A stretch of 64,000 bases of DNA from Lophium mytilinum (taxonomy: Eukaryota), in NCBI GenBank assembly GCA_010093605.1, contig MU004187.1, forward strand, positions 372,001 through 436,000, in the 5' to 3' direction. A model generated the notes under the pieces. That model was not told the DNA's origin, ran no database searches, and saw only the letters and a program-made list of their open reading frames with translations. Numbering within the stretch: the stretch's first letter is position 1; each line of letters begins with the position of its first letter. Made by a program: the position numbers and the translations under genes. Below, in pieces: positions 1-11,961 of this stretch.

Positions 1-3000
1 CTATATTAAGTCTAATTACGCTTATACTATTATTTTTAGCTTAAAAGGTTCTTCTATAGCTATACTAATAAGTATAAATAGCCTATATAGGTTTTATAAT
101 ACATCTTCTTTCTATAAACCTTTATTTTTATAGTTTAAGACGCGTAGTACCGGGTAGTTTAAAAGAACTTTAGCTAGTAGTTTATAGAGGATATCTAAGG
201 TAAAGATTCTAGGTAGTTCTATTATAGATTTAACTAGGTTTCCGGGCCTATAATAGTCTAGCTTGCATCTAATTATAGAATTTAGCTATAGAGGTAGCTA
301 CCTAGGTACTTACCTAGGTAGTTACTGCAGTGGCTGCTATAGTAGTGCGGCCGGCCTTAATTATAGAGGTGCCTGCCTTAGTAGTAGTTATAGAGGTAGT
401 TGCATAGGTGCTTATTTTCTAGGCTAAGGTAAAGGTCTTACTTCTAGGCTTAGTAGTTAGCTATAGTTAGGTTAAATAGTTAATTTAGAGCCTTAATAAT
501 TAGAGTTATTTATATTATCTTAGTTAACTAATATATTATAGAGGGAATCTAGTAAGCGTACTTTAGCTAGTAATAGGTTTTAGCGCGTAGGTTATCTTTT
601 TACTTTAGGAGGTATAATAGTAAGTATTATATCTTCTTTTATTAGTTTAGTAGAAGGTTTAAGTTCCTCTATATTACTTATTAGTAATTAAGCGCGTTTT
701 TATTATTTAGATGGTGGAGGAACTACGCAAGATTCCCCTTCTTCTTCTATTATCTAATTGTCTAGAAAGGTAATATATAGTAGATATTCTATAAAGATAA
801 TATCTTTTACTATAATAATGCGGTTATTTTAGTTTAGTAGGCGGTAGTTTTATTCTCTAGAATATTCTACTAAAATACAGTCCTCTAAGCGGGAAAAATC
901 TAATTTCTTTTACTTAGCTTCTACTTTAAGAATGTAGCATCTACTGCCTATTACTTGCAACTAATTAAGATAAGAAATGTTGCCTATCTATGCTTTATAT
1001 AGAGTAGTAGGTATTACTAAGCTAGGGCTTTAATTTCTAATTGTAACGGCGGCTTATAATACCTTAGGCTAGTATATTTTTAAAAGGCTAGATTATATAA
1101 GTATAGGGTTTATTTTACTAAGAAGTATATAGTTAATTACTTTAGCTACGCCGTTTAACTAATGCTAGTCTTATCTAGTTATTTTAAGGAGGATACCTCT
1201 ATCTTTATAGAAGTTCTAAACTAATCTAGATGTATTTTCTCTAGCCTAATCTATTTATATCTAATAGATCTATTATTTATAGATTTTATATATATTAGCT
1301 AGAAGCTTTAAATAGAAGAAGAATTTACTTCTTATTTTTAGCGGCTATACCTAGAGTATCTAGATTTTATTATAGATAAAGGTAACCTAATACCTACATC
1401 TATTATATACTATTTTAAAGGGTCTAGATATATCTATATAGATAAATTTAAGGGGGAATTTACCTTATTTATTATACTAATTATAAGGTCCTGCTTTTAT
1501 TCTTTCTTAGATATATAGTTTGCATAAGCATCCTTTTAGCACTAGTTTTATTCTAGTTAATATTATTTTTAGCTTCTAGATTACTTAATTGCCTAGGTAG
1601 CCTAGCCGTTTATACTAGATTTAATTATTTTAATTACTAATTTAGTATACGGCTATACTAATCTATATTAGCTATTAAAGGTTTAGAATATAGACTCTAT
1701 TATATTTAGATGCTAGAAAAGTATTATCTCCTTAGGTAATATTAGCCCCGTTAAAATTAAAAGAGACACTAGTTCTAATTTAAAGGAGCTAAGAGATAGA
1801 AACTAGGTTATATTCTAGTATAGAAATATAGAGAGCATCTTTAAAAAGTAGTATAGTCTTCTTTCTATTACTATAGTACTTAAGCCTAATAGTTCTAATA
1901 GATTTAGGTTAGAGGTAAGATCCTCTAATGCCTCTAAGGCCCGGTTCTAAATAGCTGCGTAGCGTAGATAGTATAAAGGCGTTATAGAAACTAGAGTAGT
2001 GCGTTAAGTAGCCTATATCTAGTAGCTAGATATCTTAGAGGCTAGTAGTAGATTCTTTTACTATAGTTATAATATATAAGATCCCTTCCGGGAATTAAAA
2101 GGCTAGGGTAGCGGTGTAAGTAGTTTTAGTATTATTCTTAGCCTTCTTATTACTAGAAGATTTAGTTTTATCTTCTTTCTATTATTATTTCTAGGTTTTA
2201 AACGCGAGGCGTTGTTCTAGATATAGCTTAAAATAGTTTTCTGCGGTATAATATATTTTACTATAGTAGAAGCATTTCTTAAAGTTATTTTCTTTATATT
2301 TCTTAGGTGCCCCGGCACTCTTTAAGTAGGATTTGGCGGCTACTATAGCTATATTATCGCCCTTGCGGTTCTTTTAAAGTTTCTCTTTATAGATAGCAGC
2401 TTAGATAGTAGTTCTAAAAGTAACTAGTTCTTCTAGAATAACGCTATCTTTATCTTAGAGTAGAATAAGTATTTATTTTTAGCTAAACGCTATTTTAAAC
2501 ACGCGCTAGCTAGGTCTAAGTCCCTTAAGGAATTATATTAAGAGATAGACCTTATCTTACGTAAAGTGTGGGTCTAATATATATATTTTAGTAAATACTT
2601 TTTATAGTTTCTCTATATAGTTTTTAATTTCTTTATAGTTAGTAAAAGTAAAAGTAGTAAACTTCTTTCTAAGTAATATAAATTCCGCGCTTCTAGTAGA
2701 GCGGAAGCGGCGGTTAAGTATTACTAGAATATTATAGGTAGTATTAACTCTAGTAATTTTATTTTATATATTAGTTCTATATTAATTTTAAATAGAAGAG
2801 TATACTCTTTCTTATTTATCTTTCTATGTATCTAGTAAGGGTTAGAGGGTAATTATTACTTATTCTAGATTATCTTTAAAGAGTCGCGACTTATTTATAT
2901 ATACTATTTACTATACTACTATTAGATTTATACCTAGTTCTACTAGAGGGTTTACTCTTATTACTAACGTTAGTCTATACTAGTAGCAGTGTAGTAGAGA

Positions 3001-4264
3001 CCCGTAACTATTTATTATAATCTAGTTATAGATTTCCCTTTCCTATATATTCTATCTATTAGAAGACTCTAGCTTCTTAATTCTATTTACTCTGGCCGCA
3101 GCTATTATACTATCTTTAGTAGATATAGTAGAGAGATAGAGAAAGTATATAGCTTATAGTAGAGTTAAAAGAAATTTAAAGAATAGATATAGGTAGGTTA
3201 GAAACTAGCAACTAGTTTAATAGAGGTAATAGCGGTAGAGGAGAAGATATAGGCGTATTAATAGCTAATCTAGTAGATAAAGGGATTTTAATAGAAAGCC
3301 CCTAAATATCTATACTACTAGCGGTAGAGAGAGAGTTAGTAGTTATATAGCCTTTAGAGATAACTTTATCTAGTTTCTTTTTATAGATGTAGTTAGTATT
3401 ATTAATATTATCTTCTAGAAAAAGAGTATTATAATTATTAAAGACTTTAGATAGTCTAGAAAATTAAGTTTAATTAAGTATTTAATAGATATAAGTACAA
3501 GCGGGTTTAAAAGAACGCTTGCGTAGATTATATCTTATCTAAGAAGTAGATAACTTAAGAGTAGATTACTAAAGAGTTAATATCTTTATATTAAGGGAGA
3601 AAGGTTACCTTTTTAATGCTTTATCGCTAAGTAAGCGGCTAGCAATATAAGTAGAAAGTTAAGAGCAGCTTATATACTAATTTAGAATTAATATTATAAA
3701 AGTAGGTATAGTCTTATCTAGAGTTACTAGTTTTTACTAGTATTAATAGTAAAACTACCCCTTAGCCTAATTTTTAATTTTAAAATAAGGTGGCTGGGGG
3801 GTAGTTAGGTTCTAACTACCTTTTTTTTCCTAGCTTATATTTTAGTAAAGGGCTAAGAAGACCGGATAGAACTTATTAGAAAGTAAATATTAAGAAGGTT
3901 AGCTTAGCTTAGAGCTAACCCAGCCTTCTTAATTGTTTTCATCCGGAATGGGGCTGCGCAGCGGAGACAAATATTATTTATCGTTTTTAGCCCCTAATAA
4001 GGTTTCAGTAATTACGGGTTTTTAGCATTGGATGATACTTAGCTTATTGCAAACCCGGGCTTATAACCTGTTAAAAGGAATACTAAGTTGATTAATTGTT
4101 CTAGGTAGAGGGGGAATGGGGCTATCTATATATCTAACCCGAGCCTAATTTCTCTTATGTTGGAACACTAGTTAGCCTAAGCTAACTACTTCCAACATAT
4201 CTGACCCGAGCCTAATTTCTCTTATGTTGGAACACTAGTTAGCCTAAGCTAACTACTTCCAACA
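1..4264 (-). mobile_element. RIP-inactivated LTR retrotransposon relic, probably Ty3/gypsy; gag and start of pol, continuing beyond window start
   Basis: Very AT-rich, TpA-rich and CpA/TpG-poor, with no ORFs in the track. Minus strand 2274-2233 reads tgc ttc tac tat agt aaa ata tat tat acc gca gaa aac tat, which becomes C-x2-C-x4-H-x4-C (gag zinc knuckle) if RIP-type G>A and C>T changes are reversed. Minus ~2575-2490 reads DPHFT*DKVYLLI*FLKG...S*R, resembling the gag capsid KV..FL.G...W pattern. The minus strand at 4264 begins TGTTGG, like an LTR start. Confidence 0.8.
4131..4264. repeat. Tandem 67-bp direct repeat (2 copies), each containing a nested hairpin
   Basis: 4131-4197 and 4198-4264 are identical except tatctaa vs tatctga. 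Each copy contains tgttggaa...ttccaaca and tagttagc-ctaa-gctaacta inverted arms. Confidence 0.95.
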
Positions 4265-4373
4265 GACTTCTCTTATAAAGCTTCTAAAATAAGGAAACTT
4301 ACTTTCAGCCTACCGTATCCGCTTCAACATCATCACTTCATTCATTCATCGTGATACCTAGTTCTGCCACCAT

Positions 4374-6346
4374 CTATTTCGCCTTCTCCTGCTTACCCGT
4401 TGGGATCTGGAAGCACACAGCTGGCTCGCCATGTTTGAAAGCCTTGTCGACTCTGAAGTATCCCTTCCGATCGAATTGAATTATGTCGTCCTCCTTCAGC
4501 TCAGCCACATTGCAGTCAGCCAGCGTCTGCGAGCGGAACTCGGTTTTCGGCGATAAGAAGTCCTCCAACTGATCACCCTCCTCAAGTTTGTCCTTCGTGA
4601 TGAGGTAGTCGAAGTCGACGAGGTCGACCGGGATAAGCTCCTGATCGGTCGAGAGCCACGTGATCTTCTTGCTAGTCTTCTTGACATCACCTTGGAGATG
4701 TAGCTCAAGCTCGACGCCGGTGACGGTTTTCAGACCCGCAGGCGAGGCGAGCGGGTTGATAGAATGCGACACACTGCGCACAATGGCGTTGCCCCAAGCC
4801 ATAAGGGTGATCTCCTCGTCTTGGGCGAAGGAGGCGGCGTCAGCCTGCTCGATAATGATGGACTGACTGTAGACGACCTTCTTGGTCCCCACGTCTTTGT
4901 TCTTGGCGTGCTTGTCTTTCTCCTCGGTATATGGGGCGTCGCGCGCGCCGATGACTTTAACGGGGACTTTGCCCTCGGTGGAGATGGCGGTGAACCGGGG
5001 CGCGACTGGGTCGATGTACTTCTTGTTAGTAGCCCAGAAGGTCGTCCAATCGAGGTTTACGATGTTCTTGGAAGGACCCTGCTTGAGGATGAACTCTTGC
5101 AGGGCAGGAATCGTCATGCCACGGCGGCGAACACCACGGACAGTAGGCATGCGCGGGTCGTCCCAGCCCCAAACCACGCCAGTGTCTACAATACGGGTGA
5201 GCTTGCGCTTTGAGAGCAGGGTTCGGCGGAAGTTCATGCGGGCAAAGTCCCAGTTGTAGACGTTGCGAAGCTTGAGAGCTTTCAGGAACCATTGGTATTG
5301 AGCATCGCGGTCCTTGTACTCGGTGGTGCGGAGAGCGTGTGTCACTCCCTCAAGGGCATCGATGAGAGGGCAGCAGAAATCATAGGTCGGGTAGATCTTC
5401 CACTTGTCCCCTGTCCGGTGATGAACCTCAGGGCTGCAGCGATAGATCACCGGATCGCGCATGGCCTTATTTGGGTTGTCGACTGAGATCTTAGCCCGAA
5501 TACACCAACGGATGCCCTCAGCCGTGCCCTTCTTCATCTCCTCGAACCTAGCCAGATTGTCCTCGACGGTGGCATCCCGTCGCTCGCTGGCAATACCGTT
5601 CATGCGCTCGTCCCGCATCTTCTCCTGCAGCGTGTCGTCCGCGTAGGCGTTGCCGTCCTTGATAATCTGCACACAGTATTCGTATAGCTCTTGGAAGTAG
5701 TCACTCGTGTGAGATGTCTTGTCTGCCTTGATGCCCATAAGAGCCAGATCCTCCACAATTGCATCCTGGAACTCTTGTTTCTCTTTGATAGGGTTGGTGT
5801 CGTCGAAGCGGAGGAGGAGGATTCCCTTATACTTTTTGTGCGCGAAGAAGTCATTGAGAAGGGCGGCCTTCGCGTGCCCGATGTGGAGATAGCCTCTGAG
5901 ATGGTTGTTAGCACACAGCATGGGATTGGGTCTGTCTAGGTAACGTACGAAGGCTCAGGCGGGAATCGCGTGATGACGGTACCCTCGACCTCCTGGAGCC
6001 CAATGTCGAAGCTCCCACCCTCATCTTTGGCCTTCTCTTCTGCTGTCTTGGCTCCTTTCGCGGGGCGTATAGGCAGTGTCGCAGTCTCGGGGGATGTCTC
6101 CTCGATGTACTTGAACCATCTGGAGAGATTGGCCATGAGGCCCTGCTTGATGTAGGCATGAGCCACACGGTTCTCTCTTAGTGTTCTCCAGACGGTAGTA
6201 TCGGCATCGGTCAGGCTATATCCCACAATGTAACTTCGAAGGGTCAAGTGTGCGTCGAGTTCAGCGAGAGCAGGCTCAATGGCTTTCAGATTGAGGGCCT
6301 TGAGATCATCCGCGCGCGTCTGCCACTCCTTGATTTGGGCGTCCAT
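4374..6346 (-). CDS. GUS1: Cytoplasmic glutamyl-tRNA synthetase (2 exons: 6346-5949, 5895-4374)
   Basis: Splicing intron 5948-5896 (GTACGT..GCTAAC..CAG) gives RFPPEPSGYLHIGH (HIGH motif). Also RFDDTNP, LSKRKL (KMSKS-equivalent) and GWDDPRMPT, plus an N-terminal GST-C-like segment. Confidence 0.95.
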
Positions 6347-6727
6347 GGTGAGAAAGAGTTGTGATGGTGTGATGAGACTTCCGGCCGGGAACCGCAGGGC
6401 CAAGCGGTATTTATACCACGATGGTAGCCTATGAGTTAATGGCAGATTGTGGTGAGAGTGAACGGGTGACTGAAAGTTTAGAGAGGCAAAACAGAGAATA
6501 CCCCACCACCCCACTAGGTACTTTCGTATACCTAAAACACTCTTGCGACTCTCAGCCCACCACGACACTTGCTTAGAGTTACGAACGCGACGAGACCAAT
6601 TGCACTTTCACGCTACGATTGTTGCACGGTTTGAAACCGCTCGAAAGCAACCTTAAAGGTACAGGCACCGCAGGTCTTCTGCTTCATTTATAGTCTGACC
6701 TCTCAAGACACAAAACTTTCCCCCATC

Positions 6728-8422
6728 ATGGCCGACGCAGGACCCGCAGAGCCGTCGAAGAACGCGCTGAAGAAGGCAGCCAAGGACAAAGAGAAGGCCG
6801 AGAAGAAAGCCGCCGCGAAAGCTCGAGAACTGGCCGAGCGACAGAAGAAAGAGACCGACGATGCCAACGACGTCTCCGTTGACTCATATGGCGAACTTCC
6901 GCTATGCGGATCCACCGACTTCAAGCCTACCAACATACCCCGGGAATCGCTAGCCAGCATCGCCGAGCACGAAGACAAGACTATTGTGTTCCGCAGCTGG
7001 GTCGTGAACGCCCGTGTCCAGTCTGCAAAGCTGGCCTTCTTGAACCTGAGACAGGGGCTCCATACCGTTCAGGCTGTGGTGGCCGCGAGCGAGACGCTGA
7101 GCAAGCAGATGGTCAAGTTCTGCGGCAACATCTCCACCGAGTCAACGATTGTGGTGCATGGCTTGGTCAAAAAGACGAAGGAGCCGATCAATAGCGCAAC
7201 CATCAAGGACTACGAAATCCATATCCAGAAGCTATTCATCGAAGCCAAGGCCGAGGTGCCGCTACCTCTGCAGGTCGAGGATGCTGAACGCCCAATTCCA
7301 AGCGAAGGACTAGGAGATGAGGATGAAAAGGCTACTGAAGGAGGCGAGAAACCTATCGTGGGGCTAAATACAAGACTGAACAACAGGACCTTGGATTTGC
7401 GAGCAAAGACTAACCAAGCCATCTTCGTCGTCAAGAGCGGTGTTTGTGCTTTGTTCCAGGAGTTCCTCAGCCAGAAAGGTTTCATTCTCATCCAGACTCC
7501 CAAGATCCTAGGGGCTGCGTCAGAGGGCGGCGCGAATGTCTTCGAGGTCAAGTACTTCGACCGCCCTGCCTTTTTGGCCCAGAGTCCCCAATTCTACAAG
7601 CAGATGCTCATCGCTTCCCGTTTCCAGCGCGTTATGGAGATTGGTCCTGTTTTCCGTGCCGAAAATAGCAACACCGCACGCCATCTGACTGAGTTCACCG
7701 GGTTGGATATGGAGATGGAGTTCCAAGAGAACTACCACGAAGTCATGGGCATGCTCGAGGATCTGATGCTGTTCATCTTCAAGGAGCTGAATGCTAGGTA
7801 TAAGAAGGAAACCGACCTCGTCCGAAGTGCGTACCACGTCGAGGAGTTCAAGCTTCCCGAGTCAGGCAAGGTGCCCCGAATCCCATTCAAAGAGGGCATC
7901 AAGATGCTCCGAGAAGCTGGAGAAGAGCTAGGCGACTACGACGACCTGAGGTAAGCTCCACCCACTCCCCCTGCGTATCCTTCAGTCTAGCTGAAGCTAA
8001 TTCTCCTCAGCACACCCCAAGAGAAGCACCTCGGCCGACTCGTCCTCGAGAAGTACGGCACCGACTTCTACGTGCTTGACCAGTTTCCCCTCGCCATCCG
8101 CCCCTTCTACACCATGCCCTCGCCCGCCGACCCGCTACTTTCAAACTCATACGACATGTTCATGCGCGGCCAGGAGATCCTTTCCGGCGCTCAGCGTATA
8201 CATGACTCGAAGCTCCTCGACAAGCGCATGCGCGAGCACGACCCACCGGTCGACCCGGAAGGTGCAGGCACGAAAGACTACGTGCAATCGTTCAAGTATG
8301 GCTGCCCGCCGCATGGTGGCGGAGGATTCGGTTTGGAGCGTATCGTGCAATTCTGGCTGGGTCTGCCAAACATTCGGATGACTAGCTTGTTCCCGCGTGA
8401 CCCAATAAGGCTCATGCCGTAG
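6728..8422 (+). CDS. DPS1: Cytoplasmic aspartyl-tRNA synthetase (exons 6728-7950, 8011-8422)
   Basis: Class II motifs [57 protein letters not shown] and FPRDP. Intron 7951-8010 is GTAAGC..GCTAAT..CAG. Confidence 0.95.
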
Positions 8423-8703
8423 ATGGAGGAGATGCTTCGTAGGCACCGGACTCTAATTTTCTGTCGCATCGAGAATAAACCGTGCTTGTGGCAGCTATGT
8501 CTCATGGGAACGACACTAAAGATGAGGATGATTGAGACACAGCTCGAAATTCTATAGTCTAGAGACGGAGATAAAGTAGTCAATAGAGCATTGAAACCCA
8601 AGCCGCCAATACAAAAGCCTCTTGAAGCTCAAATCCAAACCCTTGCACCTGAACTCCTGATATAGAGCACACTGGCCACCTGCCCCTATGGATCTAACTC
8701 CGC

Positions 8704-9674
8704 CTATGCATCGCCCTCCATCTCCGCGTCCCCATTCGCCGCACCCGCCAGACACGCCTGTCGTGCTGCCTCGATGTCCTCGCGGGTCTCCTCCCACCAC
8801 AGAACCGGCCCCAAACCTGAGATAGTCATCGAACCCTGTCACCAGGAACCATTAGCTCACTGCCTTAATTTAGACACCATATCCAGCAAGTGGAGCTTAC
8901 TATTATCCGATACGGCGGCCTCTCTTCGTTCGTATCCCAGTGCTCGTTCTCGACGCGGAAGCGCACTGTCTCATTGTTGTCGTAGAACAGCTCGGAGTCA
9001 TCGGTATCCCAGACCCAAACCTTTTCAACGGCGTTGCTTGGGGACAGTTAGTGAGAGCGGGAAGATGAGAAACGGACCAGAGAGCGAGCAAGGAGACACA
9101 GGTTCGGGGCGGTTAGGAAAATGGGTAGCTTACTATCGAACGCCTTCGGGCATCAGCGCCTCTGGGATGTAGATGTCGTCGAAGAAGTCGAGGCTCACTG
9201 AGGGTAAGGTTGGTTAGCGACGGGATAGACGGGCACAGGGGTTACTTGCCGTATATTCCGGTAGGATCTGAGATCTTTATGTGCCCGATGATGATTTCGC
9301 CTTGGAAGGGGCGGAAAACTAGGAGGCGGAACTCGGCTAGGTGTCGGTGTTAATGGTGACGAGATGCATAGGTGGGGTGGAGGCTCTACCGTTCACGTTG
9401 ACGATGCCGGTACCGTGGCCGATGTTGCCTTCGGAGGATTTGGTGAGGTCGAAGAGGCAGATGCAGACGCCGACTTGCTGGATTACTTTATTCGCATACT
9501 TGGTGTTGATGCTGTCTTTGATGGCTTGGGCACTTGTTTTCCCAAACTCTTCGGGTTGGATTTGTATTAAATCTGAAATGGTAGTCTTGGAGATTGTAAG
9601 AACAAGAAATGGAATTGAAATTTAACGGCCCTGACAAATGGAAAGAAGATCAGGAAGCTTACGAGAATAAACAT
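8704..9674 (-). CDS. RPC25: RNA polymerase III subunit RPC25/RPC8 (6 exons; not recovered by ORF track)
   Basis: Spliced product reads MFIL-TTISDLIQIQPEEFGK..INTKYANKVIQQVGVCICLFDL..GTGIVNVN-AEFRLLVFRPFQGEII..-VSLDFFDDIYIP..-VWVW..LFYDNNETVRFRVENEHW..PYRII-GSMTISGLGPVLWW. Introns include 9662-9586, 9389-9337 and 9249-9198 (GC-AG). Confidence 0.93.
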
Positions 9675-9744
9675 GGTGGTGGTATTGATTGGGGAATATT
9701 CATTCTCTGGGTAGTTGGTGGGGATATCCTCAAGTCATGGATGT

Positions 9745-9785
9745 GGGTGAAATTTTGGTGCTGGCGAGGATGAGTCGATGAGTGA
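9745..9785. promoter_or_regulatory. RRPE-like (TGAAATTTT) and PAC-like (GATGAG x2) motifs between RPC25 and RRP36
   Basis: The sequence gtgaaattttggtg is followed by gatgagtcgatgag in the 381-bp divergent intergenic region. Both flanking genes belong to the yeast ribosome-biogenesis class. The motifs are short and may be chance. Confidence 0.4.
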
Positions 9786-10055
9786 GAACTCGATCACGAA
9801 GATATACTTCTGGAAAGACGCGATGGAGAGATGCAGCAAATTCAGTATCTGGACTCTCGATGGGCTCGTAGACGGTTATGGCATCATCATCATATTTATT
9901 GAAGATTTGGGTTGGAGAGTGAAAGGTGGAAGAATAGGTAGAATGCATAACGTTAGCGCGGGATCCACATTGCATAAATACGCTAAGCACAAAGGCTTGG
10001 CAAGCCCTGTCTTCGAAAAAGTTGCAGCTCTGCTCCACCAAACTCGCAAGCCACG

Positions 10056-11082
10056 ATGGTTCTTCAAAAGACGCTCAACCGCTCACTCCGAGCCCAGGAT
10101 GATGAATCAGATGATGAACAATACTCTGGCGCATCCGGAGGCTCTTCCCCTTCCGTCCTAGACACAGGCGACGCAGACGACATTAACATCGCAAGCTCTG
10201 AATCTGAGGATGAAGATCCCCAGGCAAAACTCAGCACAGTCTCTTTCGGAACCGTAGCTAAAGCACAAGATGAAATCCTGAAACAGGGAGGCGGCAGTCG
10301 GAAACGAAAGAGGGGTTCAGATGCAGAAGGGCAGAGCAGTCAATTGCAAGCGTTGCGAGAAAGACTACGGGAACTCAAGGCACAGAAAAGCAATTCCAAG
10401 GCAGATCCCATTCAGCAAAGCAGAGCTTCACGAGAAAAGGAAGAGGATTCGGAGGATTCGGACAGCGATTCATCGTCTTCTAATCAACCAACCCACGCTC
10501 GCTCCAGCAAACATGCCCCAGCAACTCAATCCAGCAAACGGACTGTGACCCGAAATCGCCAAGTTGTCGAGGTGAAGAAACCCGTTCCTCGCGATCCTCG
10601 TTTTGATCCCCTCACCGGCCCAAGCCCTGATGATTCCAAGTTCAAGAAAAGGTATGGTTTCTTAGACCAGTACAAGGCATCTGAAATGGCAGAGATGCGA
10701 GCCACTATCAAGAAGACCAAGAATGCGGCGGAGAAGGAGCAACTCAAGCGGGACCTTTTGGCCATGGAGAACCAGCAGAAGGCACAGGAATCCAAAGAGC
10801 AACGGCAGAAGATCATTAGCGAGCATAGGAAGAAGGAGAAGGAACTTGTCAAGGATGGCAAGAAGCCTTTCTTCCTGAAGAAATGTGAGTTCACTTCATT
10901 GTTTGCCATCTTGAGTTTGTGATCTTCTGACACTCTATACAGCGGAAACAAAGAAACTTGCGTTGGTCGATCGTTTTGCAAAGATGAAGAGTAAGGACCG
11001 TGAGCATCTCATCGAGCGCCGCCGTAAGAAGGCATCGCAGAAAGAGCGCAAGAATATGCCCGTCGATCGAAGAGGGGTGTAG
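10056..11082 (+). CDS. RRP36: rRNA biogenesis protein RRP36 (DUF947); exons 10056-10884, 10943-11082
   Basis: RSSKHAP..SSKR.V, PRDPRFD, YGFLDQY and KKPFFLKKS. The spliced tail reads ..LVDRFAKMKSKDREHLIERRRKKASQKERKNMP. Confidence 0.92.
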
Positions 11083-11508
11083 ACCTGAACCTCCTCTGTC
11101 AACATCAGTATGGGTCCCGGGGTTAGCAAGTACCCACGAGACTCACCAAATAAACTGTATGATCAGTTTGGACATACCAATCAGAGCATATTTGCAGTGT
11201 GGTAAGAGACAGCCACATCTTCTCGAAGAAAGATCACCAATCGGACTAGGAATGCAAGGATCCGGCACGAGGTTAGTGTCGTTGCCGCGCAATCGCTATT
11301 CCTGTTTCAAACTGTTTCAAGAATTGTGATCGCATATATGCATAATGATTTGTCTGATTATCGTTGTCTCTTCTCCCTAATATTATCCCTGGATAACATT
11401 GCTATGCTACAAGCTAAAAGATGACTCGCCTGAGCTACGCGACTAAAAGAAGAAGGAGACCTGGAGCTATTCTCTTAACTGATCTTGTCTGTTAGTTCCG
11501 CTCCCCAT

Positions 11509-11961
11509 CTACCTCCGTCCCACGGATCTCTCAGGAGGGCTAGGCGACGTATTGATAACGGCATCAAAGAAGTCCCGACACTCATCGCTTTCAGCCAGGA
11601 GCTCCGGATCCGCGTTATAGCCCTGGAACTCCGACTTCCGCATCACCTTGATCACCGTTTCCGTAGCCACCCGCCTTTCAGTGTTCGAATCCACTTCTTC
11701 CATCACCACAACGCTCCGGAACGGTTCATCGTGCCGCACATGGCTCCCTACTGCGTGTACGAAGCGGTGTCGCGCGATAGCAACGATCAAAGACATCTCG
11801 TACGCAGCGGCCGCGATATTAGCATCTAGGAGGGAGCTGTACTCTCTAGCGACTTGCTCAGTATAGATACGGTCGATGAGGACGCTATCTTGTGAGCTTC
11901 GCACTATCACGATCCACTTTTCTGCGTTGAAGACTAGGGTTGGGGTGTTCATTTCCATCAT
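11509..11961 (-). CDS. Hypothetical protein (~150 aa); 3' end uncertain
   Basis: Isolated ORF with protein-like composition and a TATA-like ataaaa upstream. No recognisable motif. Confidence 0.5.
   Translation of the reverse strand: MMEMNTPTLVFNAEKWIVIVRSSQDSVLIDRIYTEQVAREYSSLLDANIAAAAYEMSLIVAIARHRFVHAVGSHVRHDEPFRSVVVMEEVDSNTERRVATETVIKVMRKSEFQGYNADPELLAESDECRDFFDAVINTSPSPPERSVGRR

Noticed and set aside
4131..4264. Palindromic direct repeats resembling a CRISPR array, or telomere-like CTAACCC
   Set aside because: There are only two adjacent copies with no unique spacers, the context is eukaryotic, and there is no (CCCTAA)n tract.
5936..6568. Upstream extensions from non-ATG starts in the ORF track (also 16282-17043, 17517, 48785-49837)
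   Set aside because: These are eukaryotic genes, and downstream ATGs in good context match the conserved protein starts.
6347..10055. Both divergent intergenic regions (GluRS/AspRS and RPC25/RRP36) are exactly 381 bp ATG-to-ATG
   Set aside because: I see no sequence similarity between them, so this is most likely coincidence.
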